40,005 nt of DNA, from IMG/VR virus record IMGVR_UViG_3300017645_000183, positions 1 to 40,005 of that record, one strand, 5' to 3'. This stretch comes from a virus. Lineage: Duplodnaviria > Caudoviricetes. Position 1 is the first letter of the stretch. Every line of letters begins with the position of its first letter. Both the position numbers and the translations under genes were made by a program. This document shows, in pieces, positions 1-9,157 of this stretch. The notes under the pieces are model-generated. The model ran no database searches, had not been told where the DNA came from, and was given only the letters and a program-made list of their open reading frames with translations.

Positions 1-804
1 TCAAGGCCCCTTTATGATCAGCTCGCGCGCTGGTCGACCGGCGCCACCGCCGACCGTATAGGTCAGCTCTGCATCGTCCTTCTCGAACCGGCCGAACAAT
101 TCACGGATCTCCGCGACATCGTTGATCGACAGGATGAACCGGCCCGTCAGCCTGCCGAGGCGCTCGGCCATAACAGCGAACTGGTCACGGCCGAACAGCT
201 CCTTGCCGTAGTCCCCCTCCGAGCCATGGTAGGGCGGGTCGAGATAGAACAGCGTGCCGGGACGATCGTAGCGATCGATGAACTCCAGCCAGTCCAGGCT
301 CTCGATGACGACGCCAGCCAGCCGCTCGTGCACGTCTTCCAGCAGCGGCGCGAGCTTGGTCAGGTTGAACCGACCGGCCATGCCGACTGAAACGCCGAAG
401 GTTCTGCCGGCGACCTTGCCGCCGAACGCCAGCCGCTGGAGGTAGAGGAAGCGCGCCGCGCGCTCCAGGTCCGTTAGCGTTGAGGGCCTGCACTCCTGCA
501 ACCGCTCGAACTCCTTGCGGGAACTGATCTGAAAGCGCAGCGTGTCCATGAACTGCGGGTAGTGGCGCTGCAGGATGCGGAAGAAGTTGGCGACGTCGCC
601 GCTGCGGTCGTTGATCACTTCAGCGCGCGGCATCGCCGTCCGCCTGAAGAACACGCCTCCCATGCCGACAAAAGGTTCGGCGTAGGTGTCGTGAGGGGTT
701 TTCGAGATGGCTTCGACCAGGCGCCTTGCGAGCTGACGCTTGCCGCCGATGTAGCCGGCCACGGGGCGAACCGGGGCAACCGGCATGAATTCCAAAGTGT
801 GCAT
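1..804 (-). CDS. D12-class (Dam-like) N6-adenine DNA methyltransferase at the Mu mom position
   Basis: Motifs YIGGK, YAEPFVGMGGVFF (SAM binding), INDRSGD and catalytic YLDPPY. Alternative ATG at 786. Confidence 0.93.
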   Translation of the reverse strand: MHTLEFMPVAPVRPVAGYIGGKRQLARRLVEAISKTPHDTYAEPFVGMGGVFFRRTAMPRAEVINDRSGDVANFFRILQRHYPQFMDTLRFQISSRKEFERLQECRPSTLTDLERAARFLYLQRLAFGGKVAGRTFGVSVGMAGRFNLTKLAPLLEDVHERLAGVVIESLDWLEFIDRYDRPGTLFYLDPPYHGSEGDYGKELFGRDQFAVMAERLGRLTGRFILSINDVAEIRELFGRFEKDDAELTYTVGGGAGRPARELIIKGP

Positions 805-851
805 TTCTATCCAGTGCAGAATCAGTCACACACGCGGTGCCGCTTTGCGGC

Positions 852-936
852 AGGTGCGACGGTTATCGCTTTGGTACTGTCGGGCGGGTTCATGTTTGGC
901 GACTGCACCCGCCGCCGGGAATTGACCCGGCCGCCT
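852..936 (+). ncRNA. Candidate structured RNA (perfect four-way junction) antisense to the methyltransferase leader
   Basis: Closing stem 852-856/932-936 encloses three abutting hairpins (857-882, 883-913, 914-931). The non-Watson-Crick pairs are G-U on the + strand. Confidence 0.55.
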
Positions 937-1914
937 CTACCTCTTGCCTTTCTCGGGTGCCTCCAGCTCAATTGTTGTCATGTACGTGTCCTGAAAGGCA
1001 TGGACGACGCTCGATGCGCGCCATTCGCCATTTATCTCCGAGCGAAAGCCAGTCGTGATGATCGGAGCATCGGCCATCACCTCGGGCATTCCAGCCAACG
1101 TAAGAGACCCTGAGCCCGTCGCGCGCCCGAGCCTATCGCCTTCGGATCGTGCGGCGGCCACCGCCTCCTGCTGACTGGCGAAAATCGTTCGCAGACGCCG
1201 CGCTGGACCATCGAGCCCGGTAGAATGCCGTTCGAAGCGCACGGTGTTGCTCGGACGCTCATACCAGCCGGCTACGGCCGCCCCGAACTTTGGCCTTGGC
1301 TCGATCTCGAAATCCCACGACTGGCATTCGCTCTTGTTGATCGTGACCGGTGGCAAACCGCCCCGAGATAGGAAAAGGAAAGCGTTGTCCTTCACGGAAA
1401 AAAGGGCCGCGTGCTTGTCCGCAAGTCGTGTCAGGAAATCCAGCGAGGACTGCTCGGTTCGCGCGACATATTCCAGCTTTACGGATGACAGCTCCGGGCT
1501 GACTTTTGAGCGGTGACCATGTCGCCTCGCGAGCTGCTCAACGATTTGCCCGATGGTGGCGTTGTCGAAATGCTCGGACAAGGGTTCCTTGACATCCGAG
1601 CGCATGTCGGCAGAGCGGCCGGACAAGGTGACCAGCTCACCGTCCGGCCCTCCGCTGATCGCGGACTTCTCAATGACAAAGGTGCCCATCTTCCACGTGC
1701 CGGCGTCACGAAAGCCGAACCGCACGGCCAGCTTTGCGCCGGCCTGTGGTATCTGGATGTCGTTACCGGCATCATCGAACACCAGTTCGCACGTGTCGGC
1801 GTTCTGGCCGGGAGCGTCAGTAATCGACGCCGACTTCAAGCGCGAATAGAAAGCATCGCTGACCGGCCTGCCGTTCACCGACACGTCGATGAAAGGGCGG
1901 CTGCGGTCAATCAT
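937..1914 (-). CDS. Phage late control D / baseplate hub protein (P2 gpD-like)
   Basis: 325 aa; motifs ITDAPGQNADTCELVFDD, QSSLDFLTRLA and GFRSEINGEW; follows gpX. Confidence 0.85.
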   Translation of the reverse strand: MIDRSRPFIDVSVNGRPVSDAFYSRLKSASITDAPGQNADTCELVFDDAGNDIQIPQAGAKLAVRFGFRDAGTWKMGTFVIEKSAISGGPDGELVTLSGRSADMRSDVKEPLSEHFDNATIGQIVEQLARRHGHRSKVSPELSSVKLEYVARTEQSSLDFLTRLADKHAALFSVKDNAFLFLSRGGLPPVTINKSECQSWDFEIEPRPKFGAAVAGWYERPSNTVRFERHSTGLDGPARRLRTIFASQQEAVAAARSEGDRLGRATGSGSLTLAGMPEVMADAPIITTGFRSEINGEWRASSVVHAFQDTYMTTIELEAPEKGKR

Positions 1915-2173
1915 CCCACAACCTCACGGTGCCCCTTACCTCGCTCTCGATGATGAACTCAGGGAGTGCCACTTTGAGACCTCTGGGCAGCACCACCGCG
2001 CGATCGGCGAGCGACGGATTGGCCGCCAGCGTCGCTTCAACGTAACCACGTATGCGGCCCGCGAGCGATCGATCACGCAACACCGAGAAGAGATATTGGA
2101 AACAAAGCTGGTCGATCATCACATCGTCCAGCTCCACCACGACGCTCGCGGCCGGGATAATGCGCGCGGTCAT
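1907..2173 (-). CDS. Tail protein X (P2 gpX-like, LysM-like)
   Basis: 88 aa; IDQLCFQY...VEATLAANPSLA...LPRGLKVALP...VRLWD. Confidence 0.85.
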   Translation of the reverse strand: MTARIIPAASVVVELDDVMIDQLCFQYLFSVLRDRSLAGRIRGYVEATLAANPSLADRAVVLPRGLKVALPEFIIESEVRGTVRLWDD

Positions 2174-2592
2174 CCGAACAGCCCCACCGGTTTGCCGCCC
2201 GTGAACGGCGCCACCTCAATATCAAAGTCGAGACGCCGGCCGAAGCCTGAGCGATTGATGCTCGTTTGGCGATCCGAGACGGTGAGGATGACGACGCGAC
2301 CGAACACTGCGGCTGCGGACGAGGAGACCGACCATCCGACCATGAGAACGGGCTGTGCTGCCCGCTGTGTCTCGCGGATAGCGTCGAACTCAGCGCGGCC
2401 GCCGAGCTCCTCGGGGTAAAGGCGGCCGGAAATTCGAATACTGTCTTCGCCATAGCCGGTGAATTGCCGGCCGGGTGCGGAGCCAAAGCGGGCTATTGCC
2501 GGCCACTTTGCCTCTGTGAAGCGCTCGATCTCGCGGAAGTTGAGCGGTGCGACCTGGAAGACATGCCGACCGAGCGCCAACAACGGCGTCAT
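2170..2592 (-). CDS. Tail protein U (P2 gpU-like)
   Basis: 140 aa; LLALGRHVF, WPAIARFG, QFTGYGEDSIRISGRLYP; overlaps the tape measure stop. Confidence 0.88.
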   Translation of the reverse strand: MTPLLALGRHVFQVAPLNFREIERFTEAKWPAIARFGSAPGRQFTGYGEDSIRISGRLYPEELGGRAEFDAIRETQRAAQPVLMVGWSVSSSAAAVFGRVVILTVSDRQTSINRSGFGRRLDFDIEVAPFTGGKPVGLFG

Positions 2593-4910
2593 TCCGTACC
2601 TCCGTGAAGAGCGCCGGCTTTCGCGTTGCCAATGGCGGTTGCGATCGGCGAAGCGCCGGTGAGAACCTGGGCGCCGATCTTGATCACGCTGAGTTTGGAG
2701 GCGACGCTCGCCAGGGCGTTTGTTGCGGAACGGATGGCCGAGGCACCTTCCTGAAGGGCTGCTCCGGCATCCTGGCCGCCGTCCGCCATCGTCTTGCCGG
2801 CGCTTTGCAGTTGCTCCGATGTGTTTGCCAACCTGTCCATGCCGGCGAGCATGGTGCCCACCACCGGGCTTTGCTGGTCGTTGGTGAGCACAGGACTAGG
2901 CTGCGCCTTTGGAACGGGCGGGCCGTCGAGGAAAGCATCGAGCGAGGTGTGGCGTTCGGCCTCGGCCTTTTGGTTGGCTCGATTTTCCGCAGCGACGGTT
3001 GTCCCAGCTTGGGGTTTGTCCAGGCCAAACCAGTTACGGGGTGAGCCGACCTTTTCTTCAAACCACTTTTCAAATGCCGCGGAGCTTGTCGATTGCTCCT
3101 GCGAGATCGTGGCGACAGCTTCCTCACGGCTCTTGCCCTTGGCCATCTCCTCCTCAATCCTGGCCTTGCTGCCCGCGATTTCTTCACCCAGGCCGGCAAA
3201 TCGCTCAATGACATTGTACGCGTTCAGAGCCAGGCCCAGCGTGCGTGCCAGGGTGAAGCCGCCACCGGCCGGCTTCGTGGGGCCGCTCGCCGGCTTGGTG
3301 CCGGGGGCTGGCGAACCAGCGGGAGCTGACGCCTCGCGGGGCGTGCGGATGCCATTGAGAGCCCGCTTGACCGCCGCGAGACCGCCGGCAAGGCCGGCCA
3401 GCTTGGTCAGCCAACCGAGCAGCCCCGGAGCGGACTTGATGGCCACAAGCCGCGACAGGATCGTCACCAGCCCCCCAGCCGTGATGCGCAACAGCCGCAG
3501 CGGTGACATCAGTGTCCGCACCGCTCCGGAGAGCAACCGCCAGCCGATGGCTATGTTGCGCCCTTCTTTGTTGAAGCGGAGGAACATGCTGAAAAGCCGG
3601 ATCAGCGACAGCCTGGCACCGGCGAACAGGAACGAAAGGACGCGCAGTCCGATAGAGAACGCCATCAACGCGGCGGCGGCCATGACGATATATTGCGTTA
3701 GTTCCGGGTGCGCCTGCGCGAAGGCGGCAACCTTGTCGGCAACAGCGCCCAGCATGTCGCCGATCTGAATGAGCGTTGGCAGGAGCATATCGCCGAGCAC
3801 GATGGAAACGCGCGCGATCTTGTTCCAGAAGAGATCCCACTTCTTTTCCGCGCCCTGCGCCTGCTTGGCTGCTTCCTCGGTCGCCGATCCGGCATATTTC
3901 GCCTTGTCGGCGATGTACTCGAACGCCTGGGCAAGCAGTTCGGGATTGCCCAGCAGCTTGGCGAAATCATCTGCGAAATCGCGCCCGGCCAATTCGACAA
4001 GAGCTTCCATGCCCTCTCGCGACGTGGCGAGAGTCTTGAAAAGACGCTCCATCGCGGCCGGAGCGTCCTTCTCCAGGTCTTGAAGGAACTGCTTGCGGCT
4101 CATGCCGACTTGTTCGAAGGCCGCGTCGATCTTCTTGCCGCCGGTCAGGACGCGCGTCGCCAGCGCGGTGAGGCCGCGCGCCGCCGTCTCCGGTACGATG
4201 CCGGCAGCGATCATGGCGGTGCCTGCCGCAGCGGTCTGCGTTGCCGTCAGATGCAGTATCTGCGCCGCACCGGCCGCTCGGTTGGTGAACTCGGTGATCT
4301 GGCTGGCCTTCGCAGCCATGTGGTTGGACAGATGATTGGTGGCATCGCCCAGGTCCTCGATACCTTCCTGGTTGAGCTTGTAGACGTTGCGCAGCTTTGC
4401 GAAACGCTCGCCGATCTCACCGCCTGCCATATCGAAGGCGACCGCCGCTTTCGACACATAGAGCGTGAACGCCTCAAGTTCGGCTTCAGGGATGCCGCCC
4501 TGCGCCGCCTCTGACATGAGCTCCACCAGCTCACGCGCGGCGACCGGCACCATGGCGCTGGTCGATAGGGCAAAGTCGCGGAGCTGCTTCAGCCGCTGTT
4601 CGGAAACGTCCAGAACCTTGTCCAGGCCACGCATGGCCTGGTCGAAGCGGCCGGCCTGGACGATGGGCGCAGCCAGCGACATGGCCATTCCGAAGGCCCC
4701 GAGAAGCCGGCCGCGCGCTTTCTGCAGGGCGCTTTCTGCATTCTTGGTGGCCTGCTCGATGTTCTCAACCGAGAAGCCCTTGCGGATTTCGTCGCCGAAC
4801 GCGCGCCCGAACTCACCGGCGGTCTCTCGAATGCCGCGCAAGGCCCCGCGCACCTTCTGCGCGGGGCCTGTGACCTGATCGATCAGGCGAATGAGGAGGG
4901 AGGCTTCCAT
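2589..4910 (-). CDS. Tail tape measure protein (TP901-type core)
   Basis: 773 aa, Ala-rich and helical; LGDATNHLSNHMAAKA core; hydrophobic central segment; follows the chaperone gene. Confidence 0.92.
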   Translation of the reverse strand: MEASLLIRLIDQVTGPAQKVRGALRGIRETAGEFGRAFGDEIRKGFSVENIEQATKNAESALQKARGRLLGAFGMAMSLAAPIVQAGRFDQAMRGLDKVLDVSEQRLKQLRDFALSTSAMVPVAARELVELMSEAAQGGIPEAELEAFTLYVSKAAVAFDMAGGEIGERFAKLRNVYKLNQEGIEDLGDATNHLSNHMAAKASQITEFTNRAAGAAQILHLTATQTAAAGTAMIAAGIVPETAARGLTALATRVLTGGKKIDAAFEQVGMSRKQFLQDLEKDAPAAMERLFKTLATSREGMEALVELAGRDFADDFAKLLGNPELLAQAFEYIADKAKYAGSATEEAAKQAQGAEKKWDLFWNKIARVSIVLGDMLLPTLIQIGDMLGAVADKVAAFAQAHPELTQYIVMAAAALMAFSIGLRVLSFLFAGARLSLIRLFSMFLRFNKEGRNIAIGWRLLSGAVRTLMSPLRLLRITAGGLVTILSRLVAIKSAPGLLGWLTKLAGLAGGLAAVKRALNGIRTPREASAPAGSPAPGTKPASGPTKPAGGGFTLARTLGLALNAYNVIERFAGLGEEIAGSKARIEEEMAKGKSREEAVATISQEQSTSSAAFEKWFEEKVGSPRNWFGLDKPQAGTTVAAENRANQKAEAERHTSLDAFLDGPPVPKAQPSPVLTNDQQSPVVGTMLAGMDRLANTSEQLQSAGKTMADGGQDAGAALQEGASAIRSATNALASVASKLSVIKIGAQVLTGASPIATAIGNAKAGALHGGTE

Positions 4911-4911
4911 G

Positions 4912-5079
4912 TCAGCTTTCGGTGTCGCTCATGGTGCCGGCGCGCCGCGCGAGCTGGCCGCAGTAGGCGACCAGATCGAGCCAGTCCATTTCGTCTAGTT
5001 CGGAGGGTTGCCAGCTCCAGGCTGTGGCAAGAGCTGCGCAGCACTCGTAAGCACGGCCGACTGGAGTGCCGGAAAAAAA
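4912..5079 (-). other. -1 programmed frameshift extension of the tail assembly chaperone (P2 E+E'-like)
   Basis: Slippery GGT TTT TTT at 5081-5073. The -1 frame reads SGTPVGRAYECCAALATAWSWQPSELDEMDWLDLVAYCGQLARRAGTMSDTES*, with TGA at 4914-4912, one base before the tape measure ATG. Confidence 0.85.
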
Positions 5080-5438
5080 CCGAGAAATGCCTTTCCAACC
5101 GCAAAGAGGTCGATCGTGTCGATCTCTTCGACAACAGCCACGTCCTCACCCGCAAGATCCGCGATGAGCTCAAACATGGCGTCGAGTTTTTCCTGCCCCA
5201 TCAGCGCTTCGACCACGCGACTGGCAAGCGCCTCGGCCTGGACATCCTCGCGTTCGAGGAAACCGGTCACCAATTCAGGGCCGATAATGATCGCGAGGCG
5301 CTTGATGTGACGCGCCTTCGGACGCCGGAATGTGAGCGTGGCGATCTGCCGCTCCGAACCGCCTTCACCGGATACCGGGATCGGCACCTGCAGCGGGACA
5401 TCAATTTTCGTCAGCAACAAGGGGGACGCGGTTTTCAT
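4995..5438 (-). CDS. Tail assembly chaperone (gpE / Mu gp41-like)
   Basis: 147 aa between tube and tape measure; LTFRRPKARHI and IDTIDL...AFLGFF. Confidence 0.85.
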   Translation of the reverse strand: MKTASPLLLTKIDVPLQVPIPVSGEGGSERQIATLTFRRPKARHIKRLAIIIGPELVTGFLEREDVQAEALASRVVEALMGQEKLDAMFELIADLAGEDVAVVEEIDTIDLFAVGKAFLGFFPALQSAVLTSAAQLLPQPGAGNPPN

Positions 5439-5450
5439 TCTTGCCTCGCC

Positions 5451-5969
5451 TTACCCGAACAGCACGCGGCGGCGGCTTTCGTTCACCGGCTCGAAATTGC
5501 GGACATCCCAGCCGCCTTTGGCGAAGTTGAAGCGGTGCATCACGCGACCATCCCAGTACTCGGTATAGGTCCAAATGGACTTGATCTCGTGGTCATAGCC
5601 GGTGGCCTTGCCGGCGCTCATCTCCTCGCCGTCGATCTTGCTCAGACGGCCGACGACATCGATTGCGTGCTCGTGCTCGCTGCCGTCCTCCTCGGAAATC
5701 ACCAGCTTCTTGCCGGTGAAGTTGTTGCGGGCGCCCGGCGCACCGCCAAACAGCCCGATTGTCTCTGGCGTGTGGCTCTTGAGCTTGAACTGCATCGTCA
5801 GCGCCTTGACGCCGAGCCCGCCAATCTCGATCTCCATGTCGGCACCGCCGGGCTGGAACGTCTCCGTGATTTCCTCCAGCGGCGGCAGCTTGAGCGTCTC
5901 GATGTCGAGCGCCAGATTGGTGTTGTCGTTCACATAGAGCGTGAAGCCACGCACGATACGAAGGGTCAT
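5451..5969 (-). CDS. Major tail tube protein (P2 FII-like)
   Basis: 172 aa; LKLPPL...FQPGGADMEIEIG; follows the sheath gene. Confidence 0.88.
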   Translation of the reverse strand: MTLRIVRGFTLYVNDNTNLALDIETLKLPPLEEITETFQPGGADMEIEIGGLGVKALTMQFKLKSHTPETIGLFGGAPGARNNFTGKKLVISEEDGSEHEHAIDVVGRLSKIDGEEMSAGKATGYDHEIKSIWTYTEYWDGRVMHRFNFAKGGWDVRNFEPVNESRRRVLFG

Positions 5970-5979
5970 AGCGGGCTCC

Positions 5980-7269
5980 TTAGCCGAGGTAATCGGAGAT
6001 GGCGCCGCCGAACTCGACCGAGATGCGGCGCTGGATGTCGGCGGCCAGGTTGTCGAAATACTGCTCGTTGCGGCGCGAACCGAAGATCAGGTCTTCGAGC
6101 GGCGGCGTCTCCTCCGCATCGAATTCGACGCGAAGCTTGCCGAGGCGGAGATCGGCGTTGGAATTCATGCCGCGATCCCAGAAGGCGCGCCCCCCGAGGA
6201 TCGCCCCGGCCGTGGTCAGTTCATCCAGGAACGTCTGCAGCGAACGCATCACGGCCAGCACATGCTGAGACGACAGGTTCTCGTCATTCGCCCAGGGCCG
6301 GAACGCCGCGACGATGGATTTTTCGATCGTGGCACGTGTACGAACCACATTGACGAATTTCCACAGCGGGTCCTCCGACGCGGTACGGTTTCCCCACATG
6401 ATGCGACCATTCGGTGAGAACTGGCCGCCCGCGCCCTGGACGATGCGCGAGGGAATGAAGGTGGCGATGCCGGCTTCGTTCAGCTTGTTGGCTTCATGTT
6501 CGATTTCGCCGTCAAAAAAGGTGATCGGCCGGGCCGTGCCAAGGACACCCTTGGTTTCCTGGTTGGAAGGCGACCAGTAAGGCCCTCCTTTCGCCTTGTC
6601 CTTCTTGACGAACAGTGCTGCCGCAAACGGCGCCGCCGGCTTGACGACGATGTCGGCACCAGCGGCAACGCGGACGAACGGATCAACCAGGTAGGTGTAG
6701 CGGGAAGAGAAGTCGGCACGATATTGGAGGCTCGTGGCCGCGTTTGGCCCACCAGTGTCGAAGATGGCGATTGCCTTGAGCTTCTCGGAAACCTGCTCCA
6801 GGGCGTCAGCCACGGGGTTCTTTGCATTGTCGACCCGGCCCGCCGAGTGTGCGCTACCGATCAGGATGTCGGGTTCCACGCCGACATGCCCGCGCGCATA
6901 GGACAAAGCGTGCACACCCGTCATCGAGGCGGCCGAGCCGATGAGGTTCGACATCTCCTCCTCGCGCTTTTCGGCCGGGTCGGTCTTGTCGGAATGTGCA
7001 ACGCGCACCGCCACGATCTGCGCCTCGATGCCCTGCGCGCGGATCGCATTGATCGTGTCGACCATCTCATTGGCCACGCCAAGCTTGGCGATCTTGTCGG
7101 CCTCATGTGTATAGAAGGCGACGGGCTCATCGAGGGGAAAGGTGGCAGCGTCAGCATCTTCCGCGATGAAGGCGCGGCCGATCGTGGAAATGTCGGCGAT
7201 CTCCACCGGGCGCGGTTCACTGCCGGCCTGGACGACGCGGGTGCCGTGATTGAACTGAACTGTCGTCAT
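5980..7269 (-). CDS. Contractile tail sheath protein (P2 FI-like)
   Basis: FNHGTRVV N-terminus, YWSPSNQ and WGNRT...WKFVNVVRT motifs. ATG 7269 has a GGAG RBS (the ORF track starts at 7284). Confidence 0.93.
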   Translation of the reverse strand: MTTVQFNHGTRVVQAGSEPRPVEIADISTIGRAFIAEDADAATFPLDEPVAFYTHEADKIAKLGVANEMVDTINAIRAQGIEAQIVAVRVAHSDKTDPAEKREEEMSNLIGSAASMTGVHALSYARGHVGVEPDILIGSAHSAGRVDNAKNPVADALEQVSEKLKAIAIFDTGGPNAATSLQYRADFSSRYTYLVDPFVRVAAGADIVVKPAAPFAAALFVKKDKAKGGPYWSPSNQETKGVLGTARPITFFDGEIEHEANKLNEAGIATFIPSRIVQGAGGQFSPNGRIMWGNRTASEDPLWKFVNVVRTRATIEKSIVAAFRPWANDENLSSQHVLAVMRSLQTFLDELTTAGAILGGRAFWDRGMNSNADLRLGKLRVEFDAEETPPLEDLIFGSRRNEQYFDNLAADIQRRISVEFGGAISDYLG

Positions 7270-7334
7270 CGAATGGGTCTCCAAGCCACTTTGAATGCGG
7301 CTCGAAGCACCATATCGATGCGTCCGAAATGAAA

Positions 7335-7352
7335 CGACGCTGACAGTGTCAG
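7335..7352 (-). promoter_or_regulatory. Putative late-promoter activator site (sheath operon)
   Basis: CGACGCTGACAGTGTCAG; near-identical copies at 20359 and 28633; TATGGT -10-like hexamer 20 nt downstream on the minus strand. Confidence 0.75.
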
Positions 7353-7438
7353 TGTCGTTCCCAGGCAGGATGAGAACGCCTGAACTGTAGCTGGAAAAGG
7401 CGGCTATTCAAAGCGGGTGATGCGCCGTCGCGCGCGTC

Positions 7439-7942
7439 CTAACTCAATGCGAGCCCGTCGGCCCACATCGCATCGATGTCCTCGGGGGACAGGTCGATGC
7501 CGGGATGCCCGCCCAACAGATCGAAAAGCGGGTCAGTCCGATAATATTGCTGCACATCGGCCAGCTTGTTTCTGGCGATGGTGCGACCCGGCTCCGGCAT
7601 ATCCTCGATCGCGGCGTTGATCCGGTCGCGCAAGCCCGCCTGAAGGTCGATGATCGTGTTGAGGCGCCAGCGTTCCAGCGGCAACATGGCCGCGCGCAAT
7701 TGCTCGGGGGTGGGCGGAACATAGTCGGCGATGGGGCCATATTCTCCGGCGATTGCCTTTTGCCAAACCACGACGCCGTGGGCCGTATCTGCGTTGTCAG
7801 TGGACGTGAAGGGGATAGGACCGAGCGCTTCGAGTTCTTGAAAGAGCACGTCTGCTGTCAACATCGTATGCTCGGCATTGTCCCATTTCGGGTTCGAAAC
7901 GCTGACAACGGTGCGGTTCTGGAAATCAGGGTCTTTCGACAT
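7439..7942 (-). CDS. Tail fibre assembly (Tfa-like) protein
   Basis: NPKWDNAEHT...PIPFT...AHG...AGEYGPIADYVPP pattern; directly after the fibre gene. Confidence 0.7.
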   Translation of the reverse strand: MSKDPDFQNRTVVSVSNPKWDNAEHTMLTADVLFQELEALGPIPFTSTDNADTAHGVVVWQKAIAGEYGPIADYVPPTPEQLRAAMLPLERWRLNTIIDLQAGLRDRINAAIEDMPEPGRTIARNKLADVQQYYRTDPLFDLLGGHPGIDLSPEDIDAMWADGLALS

Positions 7943-7944
7943 CG

Positions 7945-9156
7945 TCAGCTAATCCTCTTGAAAACCGATGTTCTGTCGGCCGTTCCTGAACCGATGCTTC
8001 GGCCATGATTTCGCCAGGTCCCGGTAGGGGCAGCCCCGGTCGAACTGCCGCTGGCATTGCTGAAGACAAGGTCCGATCCCGCTGCCGTCTGGTTTTGAAG
8101 CACTTCCCCGGTTCCGACAAATCGCAACAGCGCATAAGAGCCGATCGACACGGCGTCCATTGAAGCGAGAACACTGCCGATCATGGCCCCGGTCGGCTTA
8201 TTGCCATCGCGCCAAACGGTGCCATCCACGGAAACCGCAGTTGCCGCCACCGTTATGCCTGTACCGGCTCCCACGGCTAAGGATCGATCGGCCGCCAGCG
8301 TGCCCCCACCGGTGAGGCCGTTGCCGGCCGTAATCTGGCGCGAAGTCTGGACGGCATTCACAATGCGGCTGTCGTTGCCCTGCGCTGCCGTCCCAGCCGC
8401 CGTGCCGTATAAGACGTTCAGCGTGACATCACTGGAAAGCGCACCACCGTTCGACAGGCCCGTGCCGCCGATGACCTTTCGCGTGTTGGGCACGGCGTTG
8501 ACGATACGGCTGTCATTGCCTTGGGCAGCCGTGCCGGCCGCCGTTCCGAACGAGACGGCAAGCGTTACGTCCGCCGAAAGCGCCCCGCCGCCAGTCAGGC
8601 CGCTGCCGGCCTTGACCGATCGCGACGTGACGACATAGCTGGCGGCGGCGACGCCTCCGAGCTTCGCGCTGTCGGCTGCCTGGGCCGTTTTCCCGAGATA
8701 CGCGGCATCCGCGCCGAGGTTGGCGCGCGCGGTTGCCTTGTTCGGAAGATCGTTGAGGTTCTGGTCCTTGGCGAGCTTCTGACCGATGAGCGTGGTCAGC
8801 GTGGTTGCCAGGTTCGGATCATTGCCGAGGGCGGTGGCAATTTCGGCGAAGGTATCCAGCGTTGCCGGCGCGGAATTGATCAGCGCCGCAACTGCATTGG
8901 CGATCGCCGTGTCGGCGGCCGTCTTCGTATAGGCGTCGGTGATGCCATAGCCGGCAAGCGTCGTCGGCCTGCCGGTCAGCGAGGCGAAGCTGTGGGTATG
9001 CGCGTTGAATGCCGCGATCTGCGCGGCCAGCGCATCGTCCACCGCCTTGACCTTCTGGTCGGCGCTGACCAGCGCCTGCTTGACCTTGTCGATTTCGGTT
9101 CGCTGGATGCCCTCCCTGTCGGGAACCGGCCAGCCATAGTTCGGTGTGGTCGCCAT
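7945..9156 (-). CDS. Tail fibre protein with internal 47-aa repeats
   Basis: RPTTLAGYGITDA, APATLDTFAEIATALGNDPN and AGNGLTGGG fibre motifs. Confidence 0.85.
   Translation of the reverse strand: MATTPNYGWPVPDREGIQRTEIDKVKQALVSADQKVKAVDDALAAQIAAFNAHTHSFASLTGRPTTLAGYGITDAYTKTAADTAIANAVAALINSAPATLDTFAEIATALGNDPNLATTLTTLIGQKLAKDQNLNDLPNKATARANLGADAAYLGKTAQAADSAKLGGVAAASYVVTSRSVKAGSGLTGGGALSADVTLAVSFGTAAGTAAQGNDSRIVNAVPNTRKVIGGTGLSNGGALSSDVTLNVLYGTAAGTAAQGNDSRIVNAVQTSRQITAGNGLTGGGTLAADRSLAVGAGTGITVAATAVSVDGTVWRDGNKPTGAMIGSVLASMDAVSIGSYALLRFVGTGEVLQNQTAAGSDLVFSNASGSSTGAAPTGTWRNHGRSIGSGTADRTSVFKRIS
8270..8630. repeat. About 2.6 copies of a 141-bp (47-aa) repeat in the fibre gene
   Basis: GTAAGTAAQGNDSRIVNAV is encoded twice, 141 bp apart (about 8352 and 8493), with three GxGLxxGGxL..D..L units. 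Confidence 0.8.
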
Positions 9157-9157
9157 G

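Noticed and set aside
852-936. Cloverleaf as a tRNA gene
   Set aside because: 5-bp closing stem, wrong arm lengths, no TTC T-loop and no 7-nt anticodon loop.
4883-5173. 96-aa minus-strand ORF as the chaperone extension
   Set aside because: It is in the +1 frame; the gpE'-like peptide is in the -1 frame.
7362-7438. Possible terminator after the fibre assembly gene
   Set aside because: Only a 5-bp stem with a long loop and no adjacent U-tract.
7945-9156. Invertible segment or diversity-generating retroelement at the fibre
   Set aside because: No invertase, reverse transcriptase, flanking inverted repeats or adenine-specific TR/VR pair was seen.
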